The notes under the pieces are model-generated. The model was given only the letters and a program-made list of their open reading frames with translations, was not told the origin of the DNA and did no database searches. Made by a program: the position numbers and the translations under genes. Below, one piece after another: positions 9,961 to 19,611 of a DNA stretch of 64,000 nt. Source of the DNA: an uncultured Bacteroidales bacterium (GTDB lineage: Bacteria > Bacteroidota > Bacteroidia > Bacteroidales > UBA932). How positions within the stretch are numbered: position 1 is the stretch's first letter; each line of letters starts with the position of its first letter. The stretch spans positions 49,429-113,428 of the forward strand of contig UQMB01000002.1 in assembly GCA_900541925.1 (NCBI GenBank). Direction: 5' to 3'.

Positions 9961-11665
9961 GGGCCATATCGGCGTCCATCAGTCTGGACACCTTTTTCTC
10001 CGGTACGAAGTGCCACTCGCCTATCACGGACGGGTCGCCGACAAGTGCCGGAGTTATTTCTTTGTGCGCGCTGATGAAGCCGTAGACCATGTCGCGTATC
10101 TCCGGATAGCGGGCGACCACGCGGCTGTCCGCCTCATCCTTGCTCAGTCCGCCCCCCTTGAAGAGGATGTTCCCCCCGCCGTTGGCACGGTATGAAGTCA
10201 TGGCCACATTGTACCACCCGTCCTCGTCGAAGGCTGTCCCGTCGGCAAGGGAACTTATCTTGACCCTCTCCCCGAAAGGCCTGGTCACATCCACGGTGTA
10301 TACCAGCCCCGCCGCCGAATCGAAATTGTACGGTCTGGCGGTGAACGACCACCTGCGGGCCCCCGTCCTCGCGTCCGGGCTGTCCGTCATGCGGAGCACA
10401 TGCCTGCCCGGAGTCTGGATCCAACTGTCGTAGGAGTACTCCAGGCATTTCCTTATCTCCGAACCTCTCAGCCTCAGGACGAAGAGCTGGTTCTCGTACG
10501 GGTAGATGGTGAACATGTCATTGTATATCACGTCCCCGGCCTTGACCGTACCGTCGAACGTCAGGGGCGCGGCAAAAGATATCTGCGCCTCGGGGACGCT
10601 AATCTGCACCGTATGCACAAGGTTGATGTAATCAGACATTCCCCGGTAGGCATCGCGGATGCGGAGTTCCATCGATATGTGGCCCACCTTCCTGACTGTG
10701 AACGCCTTGACAGCCTCGAACTCCTCCTCGAACTCCACCCCCATCCGGCTGTCCACCCGATCCCTGTCCATCCTCACGATCTCCCCGCGCACGCTCTTGG
10801 AGGCTCCGAGGTTTATGACCGCGTGTCCGACATTGCCCGCCCTGGCGCCGCCGTTGAGCAGCACGCAGCCGTCTTTCTCCGTCGCGAACGGCCTGTGGTC
10901 GTGGGCGCAGACAATCACATCCACGCCGCTCAGGGAATTGAGCAGGTCGAGCCCCTGGTTCTCCAGCACCTCACCGCTACCGTCCCCTGTCCCGGAATGC
11001 ACCGCGACTACCACGGCATCAGGCTTTTCCTTCGCACGCAGCTCATCCACGCACTCCTGCACGAACGGGATCAGGGAGACAAAGTCCATCCCCCGCCACA
11101 CCGGTTCCGAGAGCCAGCCCTTCATGTTGGGGTTGGTGAATCCGAGCACCGCTACCCTCATGCCGGCCTTGTCAAAGACCTTCCATACAGGGAAATACGG
11201 CTTGCCGTCGGCAGTGCGGAGGGCGTTGCCTCCGAGCCACGGGATTCCGGCCCGGGCGAGTTCGGACGCCACCCTGTCGTAGACGGCGTGCCCAGTCTCT
11301 ATGTCGTGGTTGCCGACGACCACGGCGTCATATCCCATGTATTCGACTATCCTCGGGAAAAGGTGCGGCACGTCGGTGCGGACATAGTTGAAATAATATG
11401 CGGCATTGTCTCCCTGGAGGCAGTCCCCAGCGTCAATCAACAGCAGGTTCTCCGGCCCCGCTGCGGCCCTGAGGCTGTCCACATAATGCTTGACGGACAT
11501 CAGGCTCGTGCGGCGGGCCTGCCCCTCCACATAAGGCTTGTCAAACCACGACCCGTGCACGTCTCCGGTAGTGACGATATGCAGTGTGCGCTCCTGCGCA
11601 TGAAGGGAAAGGACGGCCGTGAGAATGGCCGCCGCCGAGAGGATCAGTCTGAGACAATGTTTCAT
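9950..11665 (-). CDS. Secreted bifunctional metallophosphatase/5'-nucleotidase (UshA-like)
   Basis: 571 aa with a signal peptide, calcineurin-like metallophosphatase motifs (GDVHG, GNHD) and a C-terminal 5'-nucleotidase substrate-binding domain. Confidence 0.85.
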   Translation of the reverse strand: MKHCLRLILSAAAILTAVLSLHAQERTLHIVTTGDVHGSWFDKPYVEGQARRTSLMSVKHYVDSLRAAAGPENLLLIDAGDCLQGDNAAYYFNYVRTDVPHLFPRIVEYMGYDAVVVGNHDIETGHAVYDRVASELARAGIPWLGGNALRTADGKPYFPVWKVFDKAGMRVAVLGFTNPNMKGWLSEPVWRGMDFVSLIPFVQECVDELRAKEKPDAVVVAVHSGTGDGSGEVLENQGLDLLNSLSGVDVIVCAHDHRPFATEKDGCVLLNGGARAGNVGHAVINLGASKSVRGEIVRMDRDRVDSRMGVEFEEEFEAVKAFTVRKVGHISMELRIRDAYRGMSDYINLVHTVQISVPEAQISFAAPLTFDGTVKAGDVIYNDMFTIYPYENQLFVLRLRGSEIRKCLEYSYDSWIQTPGRHVLRMTDSPDARTGARRWSFTARPYNFDSAAGLVYTVDVTRPFGERVKISSLADGTAFDEDGWYNVAMTSYRANGGGNILFKGGGLSKDEADSRVVARYPEIRDMVYGFISAHKEITPALVGDPSVIGEWHFVPEKKVSRLMDADMALIF

Positions 11666-11710
11666 AAGATGCGATTTAATGTGGCAAAAATACTAAATTT
11701 GCCTCTGCTT

Positions 11711-12571
11711 ATGAAATTCAGGACAGAGATACTCATCCCGCACTCAGGCCTCGAACTCGGCCTGGACGACAGGACGGTCCTGCTCGGCAGCTGCTTCTCG
11801 GACAATATCGGGACAAGGCTCGCTGACGCCGGATTCAATGTGCTGCGCAACCCGTTCGGCACCCTCTACAACCCGGCCTCCATCGCCTCCGCCGTGCGCC
11901 GCCTCGACTCCGGCAGGCCTTTCACGGAGGCGGACTGCGTCAAGATGGGGGCCGGCTCGGAGCTGATATGCAGTTTCGAGCACCACACCTCGTTCGCCCG
12001 TGAGAGCGCTCAGGAGTTTCTGGACAACGCCAACGCCCGCCTGCAGGAGAGCCGGGACTTCTGGAAAAGCTGCGGCAAGGTGGTCGTCACCCTCGGCACC
12101 GCCTTCGTATGGAAGGCGCTGGAGCGCGGCGGGGCGGTGGTGTCGAACTGCCTCAAGCGGCCAGACAGAGAGTTCGCCCGGGAGATGCTTTCCGTGCAGG
12201 AATGCGCCTCGCTGCTCCATGGCATCATAGCCTCACACCCGGATAAGGAGTTCATATTCACCGTCTCGCCGATCAGGCACCTCTCTGACGGCGCCCACTC
12301 CAACACCCTGTCCAAATCCACTCTCCACCTCGCCGTGGACTCCGCCATGGCAGGGGCGCGCAACGCCGCCTACTTCCCGGCCTACGAACTGATGATGGAC
12401 GAGCTGAGGGACTACCGGTTCTGGGCCAAGGACATGGTACACCCGTCCGAGCTGGCCGTGGACTACATCTGGGAGCAGTTCATCGCGGCGCATGTCCGTC
12501 CAAAAGACCTGGCCGGGCTCAGGGCGAACGAAAAGTCCAGCCTCCGGGCCCGGCACAAGCCGATGAAGTGA
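11711..12571 (+). CDS. GSCFL-family (GDSL-like) lipase/esterase-fold protein
   Basis: The real start is ATG at 11711 (MKFRTEI...LLGSCFSDNIG, the GSCFL motif). The listed ORF from 10400 is an antisense read-through across the 5'-nucleotidase gene. Confidence 0.75.
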   Translation: MKFRTEILIPHSGLELGLDDRTVLLGSCFSDNIGTRLADAGFNVLRNPFGTLYNPASIASAVRRLDSGRPFTEADCVKMGAGSELICSFEHHTSFARESAQEFLDNANARLQESRDFWKSCGKVVVTLGTAFVWKALERGGAVVSNCLKRPDREFAREMLSVQECASLLHGIIASHPDKEFIFTVSPIRHLSDGAHSNTLSKSTLHLAVDSAMAGARNAAYFPAYELMMDELRDYRFWAKDMVHPSELAVDYIWEQFIAAHVRPKDLAGLRANEKSSLRARHKPMK

Positions 12572-12581
12572 TATAGTATAA

Positions 12582-13289
12582 CTATCTGGTCCGGACAGTC
12601 CCGGCACCCTTGACAGATTTGCTCAGATTCAGGACACGGAGTTCCGTTATGTCAACGTCTCCCGCCCCGCGCACATCGATGTCGGCATTGTCTGCACGGC
12701 CGGCAAAAGTGCAGTCACCCGCACCGTTGACCGAGACAGAGAGGCTCTCGCAGTCGAGATTCTCGATGTCTATGTCCCCCGCTCCGCGCACGTCCACGCT
12801 CACCTTCGAGGCCTTGATGCTGCTCGCATCCACATCCCCGGCCCCGTTGATGCCGATGTAGAATTCAGGAGCCACTATCTTGCCTTCCAGCTCCACGTCT
12901 GACGCTCCGTTGACCGTCACGCCCTCAAGCGAAGGCGCGCTGATGGTGAGCACCACCGTCCTGGCCTTCCTTATGGAGCCGTAGTCCGGCACAGAGACGC
13001 AGAGGCGGCCGGAAGAGTCCACCTCGAACGCGAGGGCCTCCACCAGGTTGTCGGCCGCATACACGCTGACACTCTTCTCCCCGACGGAGAACTTGACATC
13101 GCAAGGCAGGTTCACGTCGAGCGACTTGAAGTCAGACACTTCTATATCTTTGGTTATAAGGTTGTCAGAGGCAACCAGGACACCGTCGCCATGGTCACAG
13201 AAGCTCCCCTTGACGCCGACGAACTTGCAGGAAGTGCAAGCGAGGGCCGCCACGGCGAGCAGCGCGCCCGTTCTCAATAATCTTTTCAT
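12582..13289 (-). CDS. GIN-domain (DUF2807/DUF4097-like) lipoprotein
   Basis: 235 aa with a lipoprotein signal (ALACTSC) and repeated GAGDVD/GAGDCT beta-helix repeats typical of the adhesin-head GIN domain. It is the last gene of the GntR-ABC operon. Confidence 0.7.
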   Translation of the reverse strand: MKRLLRTGALLAVAALACTSCKFVGVKGSFCDHGDGVLVASDNLITKDIEVSDFKSLDVNLPCDVKFSVGEKSVSVYAADNLVEALAFEVDSSGRLCVSVPDYGSIRKARTVVLTISAPSLEGVTVNGASDVELEGKIVAPEFYIGINGAGDVDASSIKASKVSVDVRGAGDIDIENLDCESLSVSVNGAGDCTFAGRADNADIDVRGAGDVDITELRVLNLSKSVKGAGTVRTR

Positions 13290-13624
13290 TTTATGTAATC
13301 CTTTAACTGTATTCCGAGAAGATCCGCCTTGTTCTTGAAGGCCGGAAGTTCCTCCTCGATGAATTTCCGGCGTTCCGACTGCTTTATGACATCCACGGCG
13401 TCGCCCGCGATGAAGAACCCTATCCCCCGCTGGTTGAATATCACCCCTTTGGAGACGAGCACCTCATAGGAGCGCACCACTGTATTGGGGTTGACCCCTA
13501 TCTTCGCGCCCCATTCCCTGACGGAAGGGATGCGGTCGGAGGCCTTGAGTTCCCCGGACAATACGCGCTCGCAGATGTTGTCGGCTATCTGCAGGTAAAT
13601 TGGCCTGTTACTGTCAAATTCCAT
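13286..13624 (-). CDS. GntR-family (YtrA-subfamily) transcriptional regulator
   Basis: 112 aa, N-terminal winged HTH (PSVREWGAKIGVNPNTVVRSYEVL) and a short C-terminal domain as in YtrA-type regulators. Confidence 0.85.
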   Translation of the reverse strand: MEFDSNRPIYLQIADNICERVLSGELKASDRIPSVREWGAKIGVNPNTVVRSYEVLVSKGVIFNQRGIGFFIAGDAVDVIKQSERRKFIEEELPAFKNKADLLGIQLKDYIK

Positions 13625-13626
13625 CT

Positions 13627-14436
13627 CTAATGCTTTATTGTCTTGATTCTGAAATAGCTTGCGATTATGACTCCGGCGATGACGGTGAAGCAGATGACAT
13701 TGAGCAGCACATTGAGCCCTGAGATGAAGCGCTCCGGACCGATATTCTCCATGAAATACTCAAGATCGTCGTTGTCGAAGGCCGCCTGTCCGAAAATGGC
13801 CGTGGATATAAGTGAGAACACAACCCCCACAAGGAAGCACACAAGGAGGGTCTTGGCCGCCTTGGACCGCTTGAAGCAGAGGGCTCCGAGGGTAAAGATC
13901 AGGATGTTGCTCAGCCATGAAGTGTATCCGATCCCGAAGAAATCGACGTCAACGTCGCCGCCGAGCCCCAGATCCTTCAGGCCGCATAATTCCGACAGCA
14001 TCAACCTCCCCGCATAGGCGTCGCCGAAGACAAGCGTGCAGATGGCGTCGCCGGCCAGAATCACCACGGAGAGGCAGAGAGGCAGCACGAGGACGCAAAT
14101 CAACATCATCGAGAGCCATTTCTCGAATCCGGAGGCCGGAAGCATCAGCCAGTCAGAACCGTAGCGCCGGTCGGTGACACCGCCCCATATCTTGGAGGGA
14201 GCCTTGAGCACGGCTATGATAAGGCCGATATACACAGCCACATAACGCACAGCATCCGGCATGTCCGAGAAATGGCCATTTATGGTCAGAGAGAATATCT
14301 CAGAGACAACGAACACCATCGCCGGAAGCAGGGAGAGGACAAGCAGAGACCAGCCGAAGCGGTTCTTCACATTGCGCAGGTCATAGGCGAAATACTTGCC
14401 GAACCTGCGGAAGTCAAATATGTCATTCATTTTCAA
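13627..14436 (-). CDS. Polytopic membrane protein (putative ABC-2-type permease partner)
   Basis: 269 aa with about six predicted TM helices, located between the ABC ATPase and GntR genes. Confidence 0.55.
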   Translation of the reverse strand: MKMNDIFDFRRFGKYFAYDLRNVKNRFGWSLLVLSLLPAMVFVVSEIFSLTINGHFSDMPDAVRYVAVYIGLIIAVLKAPSKIWGGVTDRRYGSDWLMLPASGFEKWLSMMLICVLVLPLCLSVVILAGDAICTLVFGDAYAGRLMLSELCGLKDLGLGGDVDVDFFGIGYTSWLSNILIFTLGALCFKRSKAAKTLLVCFLVGVVFSLISTAIFGQAAFDNDDLEYFMENIGPERFISGLNVLLNVICFTVIAGVIIASYFRIKTIKH

Positions 14437-14447
14437 AAAGCGATTTA

Positions 14448-14611
14448 GAAGTTGTTTTGGATTTATTTGTCATAAATTTTATGAAGATTTTTCTGTCAGA
14501 GTTTTTTCTGGATTTTGAGAAAGATAGTAGAACTATCTGACCGAAAAAGCCAGGAAAAAATATGGCGGAAAAGCAAGTAAAAGAATTTTCAACATAAATC
14601 AAAACAACTTC
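14448..14611 (+). mobile_element. MITE copy 1 (164 bp, TIR-bounded, 3-bp TTA target-site duplication)
   Basis: Near-identical to 27653..27816 and to the reverse complement of 57068..57231. The ends are GAAGTTGTTTTGGATTTAT...ATAAATCAAAACAACTTC (about 20/22-bp inverted repeats), flanked by TTA/TTA. Confidence 0.85.
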
Positions 14612-15420
14612 TTAATCAGTTCTTTGTTCTTGTGCACGGCATTGAAAAGCGCCTCGATATTGACCTTGCTGTCCGCCCCGGACAGGTTGCGGCACACCTG
14701 GATGAAGCCGCCCGGCAGCTGCTCAGAATAGAGGCTGTCCGGATGGAGCACGGTGCCGTAGTCGAAGAACAGCTTCTCAGAGATCCTATCAAGCGAGGCG
14801 TTGAGAAGCACGTCCTGACGGTCAAGGATGATGATAGGGTCGATGACATTCTCCAGATCACGCACCTGATGAGTGGAGATCACGATGGTGGAGTCCTCAG
14901 GCGTGTACTTGAGAATCGCGGAGCGGAACTGGGCCTTGGACGGGATGTCCAGGCCGTTGGTCGGCTCATCCATCAGAAGATACTTCACCGAGCAGGCGAG
15001 GGCAAAGGAGATGTGGGTCTTCTTGAGCTGCCCGGCGGACATCGTGCTCATCTTCTGGTTCTTGTCCGCCTCGAATACTTCCATTATCTCGTTGAAGCGG
15101 TCAAGGCTGAAACGCGGCCAGAACCCGCCGCGCGACTTGGCCCAGTCCACAGCTTTCTCCGTGGAGGCGGCCACCTCGTCAGGCAGGAAATACTGGTCCG
15201 CGAGCATAGAAGGCTCGCGCCTGTAAGGGTCGCGGCCATCGGCCTCTATGGTGCCGGCCGCCGGCTTCTTCAAGCCGCATAGCAGTGTAAGTAGAGTGGT
15301 CTTGCCCACCCCGTTCTCACCGAGAAGTCCGTAAATCTTGCCTGGCTCAAGACTCAGGCTGATATTCCTGAGGACTTCCTTCTTTCCGTAACTGAATGCC
15401 AGATTCTGTGTTTTTATCAT
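14599..15420 (-). CDS. ABC transporter ATP-binding protein
   Basis: 273 aa with Walker A (GENGVGKTT), an ABC signature (MSAGQ) and Walker B (LLMDEP). The last four codons (KKLF) and the stop lie inside MITE copy 1. Confidence 0.9.
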   Translation of the reverse strand: MIKTQNLAFSYGKKEVLRNISLSLEPGKIYGLLGENGVGKTTLLTLLCGLKKPAAGTIEADGRDPYRREPSMLADQYFLPDEVAASTEKAVDWAKSRGGFWPRFSLDRFNEIMEVFEADKNQKMSTMSAGQLKKTHISFALACSVKYLLMDEPTNGLDIPSKAQFRSAILKYTPEDSTIVISTHQVRDLENVIDPIIILDRQDVLLNASLDRISEKLFFDYGTVLHPDSLYSEQLPGGFIQVCRNLSGADSKVNIEALFNAVHKNKELIKKLF

Positions 15421-15551
15421 TTTTGTGTATTACCTTAATAGTACACTGCAAATATAGTACAAAAATATGAACTACCAAAAAAACACAAAAAAAATTTCGC
15501 CGCGCCGGCATAAATAGCGGCAACTTGTTTTTTAACGGTCACTAACTAACA

Positions 15552-15585
15552 GAGGGCGACCGATAAATGATTATCAGTCGCCCTC
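15552..15585. terminator. Stem-loop downstream of yebC (9-bp GC-rich stem GAGGGCGAC/GTCGCCCTC)
   Basis: A perfect 9-bp inverted repeat with a 16-nt loop lies 20 nt past the yebC stop; no strong U tract follows. Confidence 0.45.
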
Positions 15586-15604
15586 CGGCAATTCGCTGAA
15601 TCGG

Positions 15605-16360
15605 CTATTCTTCCTCTTCCGGCTTCAATGTCGTGTAGACATTGGTGACGTCCTCGTCATCCTCAAGAAGTCCGGTAAGCTTGTCGAGGGTCACGCGCTG
15701 CTCCGGGGTCACTTCCTTGAGCTCGACATTAGGAATCTGCTCAAACCCTCCGGAAATCAGCTCATAGCCGTTCTCCTCTATATACTTCTGGATCTGTCCG
15801 TAAGCGGAGTAGTCGCCATAGATGACAATCACCTTGGTGACATTGCCGTCCTTGTCTTCTTCCTCCTGCTCGAAGAGCTCGTCCACGCCGTAGTCGATCA
15901 TCTCAAGCTCAAGTTCCTCAAGGTCCACTCCCTCCTTCTCCTTGATACGGAAAGTGCACTTGTGGTCGAACATGAAGCTCACGGAACCTGATGTGCCGAG
16001 GGAACCGCCGCACTTGGTGAAATAGCTGCGGACATTGGCGACCGTACGGGTGTTGTTGTCCGTGGCGGCCTCCACGAGATAGGCGATACCGTAAGGGCCA
16101 TAGCCTTCGTAGACTATCTCCTTGAAGTCTCCCTGCTTGCTCTCGGTGGCCTTCTTGATGGCACGCTCGATATTCTCCTTAGGCATCTGCTCGCTGCGGG
16201 CCTCCGCCATGAGCGCGCGGAGACGAGGGTTGCCGGTCACGTCCGGACCGCCCTGCTTGACGGCGATGGTGATTTCCTTCCCCAACTTAGTGAAGGTGCG
16301 GGCCATGTGACCCCACCTCTTCATCTTTCTCTCCTTTCGGAATTCAAACGCTCTTCCCAT
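15605..16360 (-). CDS. yebC: YebC/PmpR-family DNA-binding regulatory protein
   Basis: 251 aa starting MGRAFEFRKERKMKRWGHMARTF...GGPD, the canonical YebC N-terminus. Confidence 0.9.
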   Translation of the reverse strand: MGRAFEFRKERKMKRWGHMARTFTKLGKEITIAVKQGGPDVTGNPRLRALMAEARSEQMPKENIERAIKKATESKQGDFKEIVYEGYGPYGIAYLVEAATDNNTRTVANVRSYFTKCGGSLGTSGSVSFMFDHKCTFRIKEKEGVDLEELELEMIDYGVDELFEQEEEDKDGNVTKVIVIYGDYSAYGQIQKYIEENGYELISGGFEQIPNVELKEVTPEQRVTLDKLTGLLEDDEDVTNVYTTLKPEEEE

Positions 16361-16362
16361 TG

Positions 16363-17040
16363 CTACTCAGATACTCTTGCGATATACTTGTTGATCTCAT
16401 AAGCCTCAGGAGACTGAGGATAGCTGTCACGGACGGTATTGTAGCAGGCGAGAGCACCGGCCTTGTCGCCGAGAGCCTCGAGAGCGAGACCTTCCTTGAC
16501 AAGATATGAAGCGGCGAAGAGATTGTCGGCCTCGGCGACGGCTGCCTTGTAGGCGGAAACCGCCTCGCTGTACTTGCCGAGCCCTACATAGGCGTCACCC
16601 ATGCAGGCCTTGGCGCGGGCCGCGAGGATAGGCTCCTTGCCCTTGTATTTCTTGAGATAAGACAGGGCTGAGTCGTAGTTGCCGAGCTGGAGTTCACACA
16701 CGCCTGCATAGAAAGGCATGGACTTGCCGGCCTTGGAGCCGTAGTTCTTGATGATGTCGGCGAATCCGAGGTTGTTGCCGTCCCCGTTGAGGGCGACCTC
16801 ATACTCCCCGTTGCGGAAGCTGGTCTCGGCCGGGAAAGCCTGCTCCATCGCCTCGGCGCACTGGCGCTGATAGACGAACTTGTTCCAGGCTATGGAGCCG
16901 AGGAAGATCACGGCAAGCGCGATCAGCACTCCCCAGATCACCTTCTTGTGTTCATTATAAAACTGCTCTGTAGAAGAAACGGTCTTCTCAAGGTTCTCCC
17001 CAAGCACCGCGTCCTTGTCCTTAACGTTTTTGTTGGCCAT
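16363..17040 (-). CDS. Membrane-anchored TPR protein (YfgM-like)
   Basis: 225 aa with one N-terminal TM helix (VIWGVLIALAVIFLGSIAW) followed by TPR-like repeats. Confidence 0.6.
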   Translation of the reverse strand: MANKNVKDKDAVLGENLEKTVSSTEQFYNEHKKVIWGVLIALAVIFLGSIAWNKFVYQRQCAEAMEQAFPAETSFRNGEYEVALNGDGNNLGFADIIKNYGSKAGKSMPFYAGVCELQLGNYDSALSYLKKYKGKEPILAARAKACMGDAYVGLGKYSEAVSAYKAAVAEADNLFAASYLVKEGLALEALGDKAGALACYNTVRDSYPQSPEAYEINKYIARVSE

Positions 17041-17137
17041 ATCTAAATTAGTTCAATTATCGTGTATTGACTTTTCAGCCCGCGAAGTTATGAAAAATCC
17101 GGAACGGAAACAAATAAATCATTAACTTTGCAGATAT

Positions 17138-18241
17138 ATGCCAACCCTCGACAAGACAGTCATACAGGATTTCCGCAACATCGCGCTACAGGAAATCGAG
17201 TTCTCCCCCAACGTCAACTGCATCAGCGGCGGCAACGGGGAGGGCAAGACCAACCTGCTCGACGCGATATGGTACCTCTCCATGACGAAGAGCGCCTTCG
17301 CCGCATCGGACAGATTCAACTTCCGCCACGGCTGCACCGCCTTCGCCCTCTCCGGCACATACACCATGCCCGAGGGGCAGAAATCCCGCTTCAGCATCAA
17401 GGTGGGCGAAGGCGGCGAGAAGAAGATGCGCAGGGACGACAAGCCATACTCCCGCATCTCGGAGCACATCGGAGTGCTGCCTATAGTTATGGTCTCCCCT
17501 GCCGACATCGCCATGGTAAGCGAATCCGGGGACGAGAGGCGCCGTTTCATCAACTCCGTCCTCTCCCAGATGGACAGGGAGTACCTCTTCTCGCTGCAGC
17601 AGTACAACCGCCTGCTTCTCCAGCGCAACCGCCTGCTCAAGGACGGCATGGCCGACGGGGACCTGCTGGACACCTTCGACGAGAGGCTGTCCGTGCTCGC
17701 CTCCCCTATCTCCGCACGCAGGGAAGAGTTCTGCCGGGCCCTGGAGCCTGTGGTCCGCAAGTACTACGAAGAGATATCCGGCGGGAAGGAGGACGTGTCC
17801 ATAGAATACCGTTCCGACCTCCAGGGCGGGCCTCTGAAGGACATTCTCAAAGCGCGCCGCGACCGCGACAGCCTGCTGCGTTTCACCTCGGCCGGCATAC
17901 AGAGGGACGACTTCGTCTTCACGATGGACTCGCATCCCATCCGCCGCTGCGGCTCGCAGGGACAGCAGAAATCCTTCATCGTGGCGCTGAAGTTCGCCCA
18001 GTACGAACTGATGAGGCAGTCCTGCCGCACCGAGCCGATGATGCTGCTCGACGACCTCTTCGACAAGCTTGACCCGGGCCGCATCGGCAACCTGCTCGGA
18101 ATGGTGGCGGACAAGGGCTTCGGCCAGATTTTCATCACCGACTCCGACAAGGTCAGGACACGCGGCATAGTCGACGCCGTCACCTCGGACAGGGCATACA
18201 TCAAGGCGGAAGGAGGCGTCTTCACAAGGACAGATGAATAG
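17138..18241 (+). CDS. recF: DNA replication and repair protein RecF
   Basis: 367 aa with Walker A (GGNGEGKTNLLDA) and an SMC-like signature with a C-terminal Walker B (LLLDD). Confidence 0.92.
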   Translation: MPTLDKTVIQDFRNIALQEIEFSPNVNCISGGNGEGKTNLLDAIWYLSMTKSAFAASDRFNFRHGCTAFALSGTYTMPEGQKSRFSIKVGEGGEKKMRRDDKPYSRISEHIGVLPIVMVSPADIAMVSESGDERRRFINSVLSQMDREYLFSLQQYNRLLLQRNRLLKDGMADGDLLDTFDERLSVLASPISARREEFCRALEPVVRKYYEEISGGKEDVSIEYRSDLQGGPLKDILKARRDRDSLLRFTSAGIQRDDFVFTMDSHPIRRCGSQGQQKSFIVALKFAQYELMRQSCRTEPMMLLDDLFDKLDPGRIGNLLGMVADKGFGQIFITDSDKVRTRGIVDAVTSDRAYIKAEGGVFTRTDE

Positions 18242-18569
18242 ACCGGACTACCGTCTCCGCCGGCAGAAGCCGACGGCCCTCGCGGAACTGATAAAGCAGT
18301 ACCTGCAGGGCAACTCCCTCAACAGGGCGTTCAACACGCACCTCGTCTTCTCGGCCTGGGACGATGCCTCCGGCGCGGGCCGATATACCATAAAAAAGTT
18401 CTTCCGCGACGGCCGGCTGTATGTCACGGTCAGCTCGTCCGTAGTCCGCAGCCAGTTGCTCTTCCAGAAGTCCGCTCTCATCGACAAGATGAACGCCCTC
18501 ATCACGGGCAACGAGCTCTTCTGCGGCACCGCAGGCGAGAAATATGTCAAAGATTTGATAATCAAGTGA
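18234..18569 (+). CDS. DUF721-domain protein (RecF-associated)
   Basis: 111 aa, 8-bp overlap with recF; matches the conserved recF-DUF721 pairing. Confidence 0.7.
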   Translation: MNRPDYRLRRQKPTALAELIKQYLQGNSLNRAFNTHLVFSAWDDASGAGRYTIKKFFRDGRLYVTVSSSVVRSQLLFQKSALIDKMNALITGNELFCGTAGEKYVKDLIIK

Positions 18570-19600
18570 TGAAAATCGTCATAGACAACAAGATACCGTT
18601 CACGGAGGGCGTTTTCGAGCCCTACGCCGACGTCCGCTACATGGACGGGCCGCTCATCAGCCACGCCGATGTCAAGGACGCCGACGCCCTGATCATCCGC
18701 ACCAGGACAAGATGCGACGAGACCCTCCTCAAGGACAGCGCAGTCAAGATCATAGCCACGACCACCGTGGGCACGGACAACATCGACATCGACTACTGCC
18801 GCCGCCACGGGATATTCTTCAAGAACGCCAGCGGATGCAACGCAGGGGCCGTCGCCGACTATGTCTTCTCGGCCCTGTATGGTTCGGCCGCCCGCAAGAG
18901 CATCAGTCTGGAGGGCGCCACGATAGGCATCATCGGGCTCGGGAGCATAGGACAGAGGGTCGAGTCCATGGGCAGGGCCCTCGGCTTCAAGATCCTCAGA
19001 CACGACCCGCAGAAGGCGGAAGTCGAATGGTACACCCAGTTCTGCCCGCTTGACACCCTCCTGGAGAACTCCGACATAGTCACCATGCATGTCCCGCTCA
19101 ACGAGCGCACCAAGGGCATGGCAAATGCCGACTTCTTCGCCAAGATGAAGCCGGGCGCATTCTTCATCAACACCTCCCAGGGCGACATCGTGGACGAGGA
19201 GGCCCTCCTGGCGGCCATCCCGCGCCTCGGCCCGGTAGCCATCGACGCCTGGAGCCACGAGCCGTGGATCAACACCCACCTCATGGGCAGCGTGGACATC
19301 GCCACCCCGCACATAGCAGGCTACTCCCTGCAGGGCAAACAGATAGGCACCTCCATGGCCGTCCGCTCCACCGCCCGCTTCCTCGGCATCAGCGACCTCT
19401 ACGAGTTCTTCCCGCAGACCGACATCATGGAATACCAGGCCGTCAAACTCAACGTGCTGGACAAGTCACAGGGCCAGATCGCGGCGATGATCCAGTACAA
19501 CTACCCCATCTTCACCGACGACTTCATGTTCCGGATGAACCCGACCAAGTTCGTGGAGCTCCGGGCGGAATACAGCTACAGACGCGAGTTTTACCTCTAA
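18566..19600 (+). CDS. pdxB: 4-phosphoerythronate dehydrogenase-like D-2-hydroxyacid dehydrogenase
   Basis: 344 aa with a Rossmann NAD-binding motif (GIIGLGSIGQRV) and a catalytic His (DAWSHEP). PdxB-like length and architecture. Confidence 0.75.
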   Translation: MMKIVIDNKIPFTEGVFEPYADVRYMDGPLISHADVKDADALIIRTRTRCDETLLKDSAVKIIATTTVGTDNIDIDYCRRHGIFFKNASGCNAGAVADYVFSALYGSAARKSISLEGATIGIIGLGSIGQRVESMGRALGFKILRHDPQKAEVEWYTQFCPLDTLLENSDIVTMHVPLNERTKGMANADFFAKMKPGAFFINTSQGDIVDEEALLAAIPRLGPVAIDAWSHEPWINTHLMGSVDIATPHIAGYSLQGKQIGTSMAVRSTARFLGISDLYEFFPQTDIMEYQAVKLNVLDKSQGQIAAMIQYNYPIFTDDFMFRMNPTKFVELRAEYSYRREFYL

Positions 19601-19611
19601 TCGATAACATT

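Noticed and set aside
10400-11710. Long + strand ORF (723 aa as listed) overlapping the 5'-nucleotidase gene
   Set aside because: It is an antisense shadow ORF of a GC-rich gene; only its 3' portion from ATG 11711 (the GSCFL protein) has family motifs and a Bacteroides-type start context.
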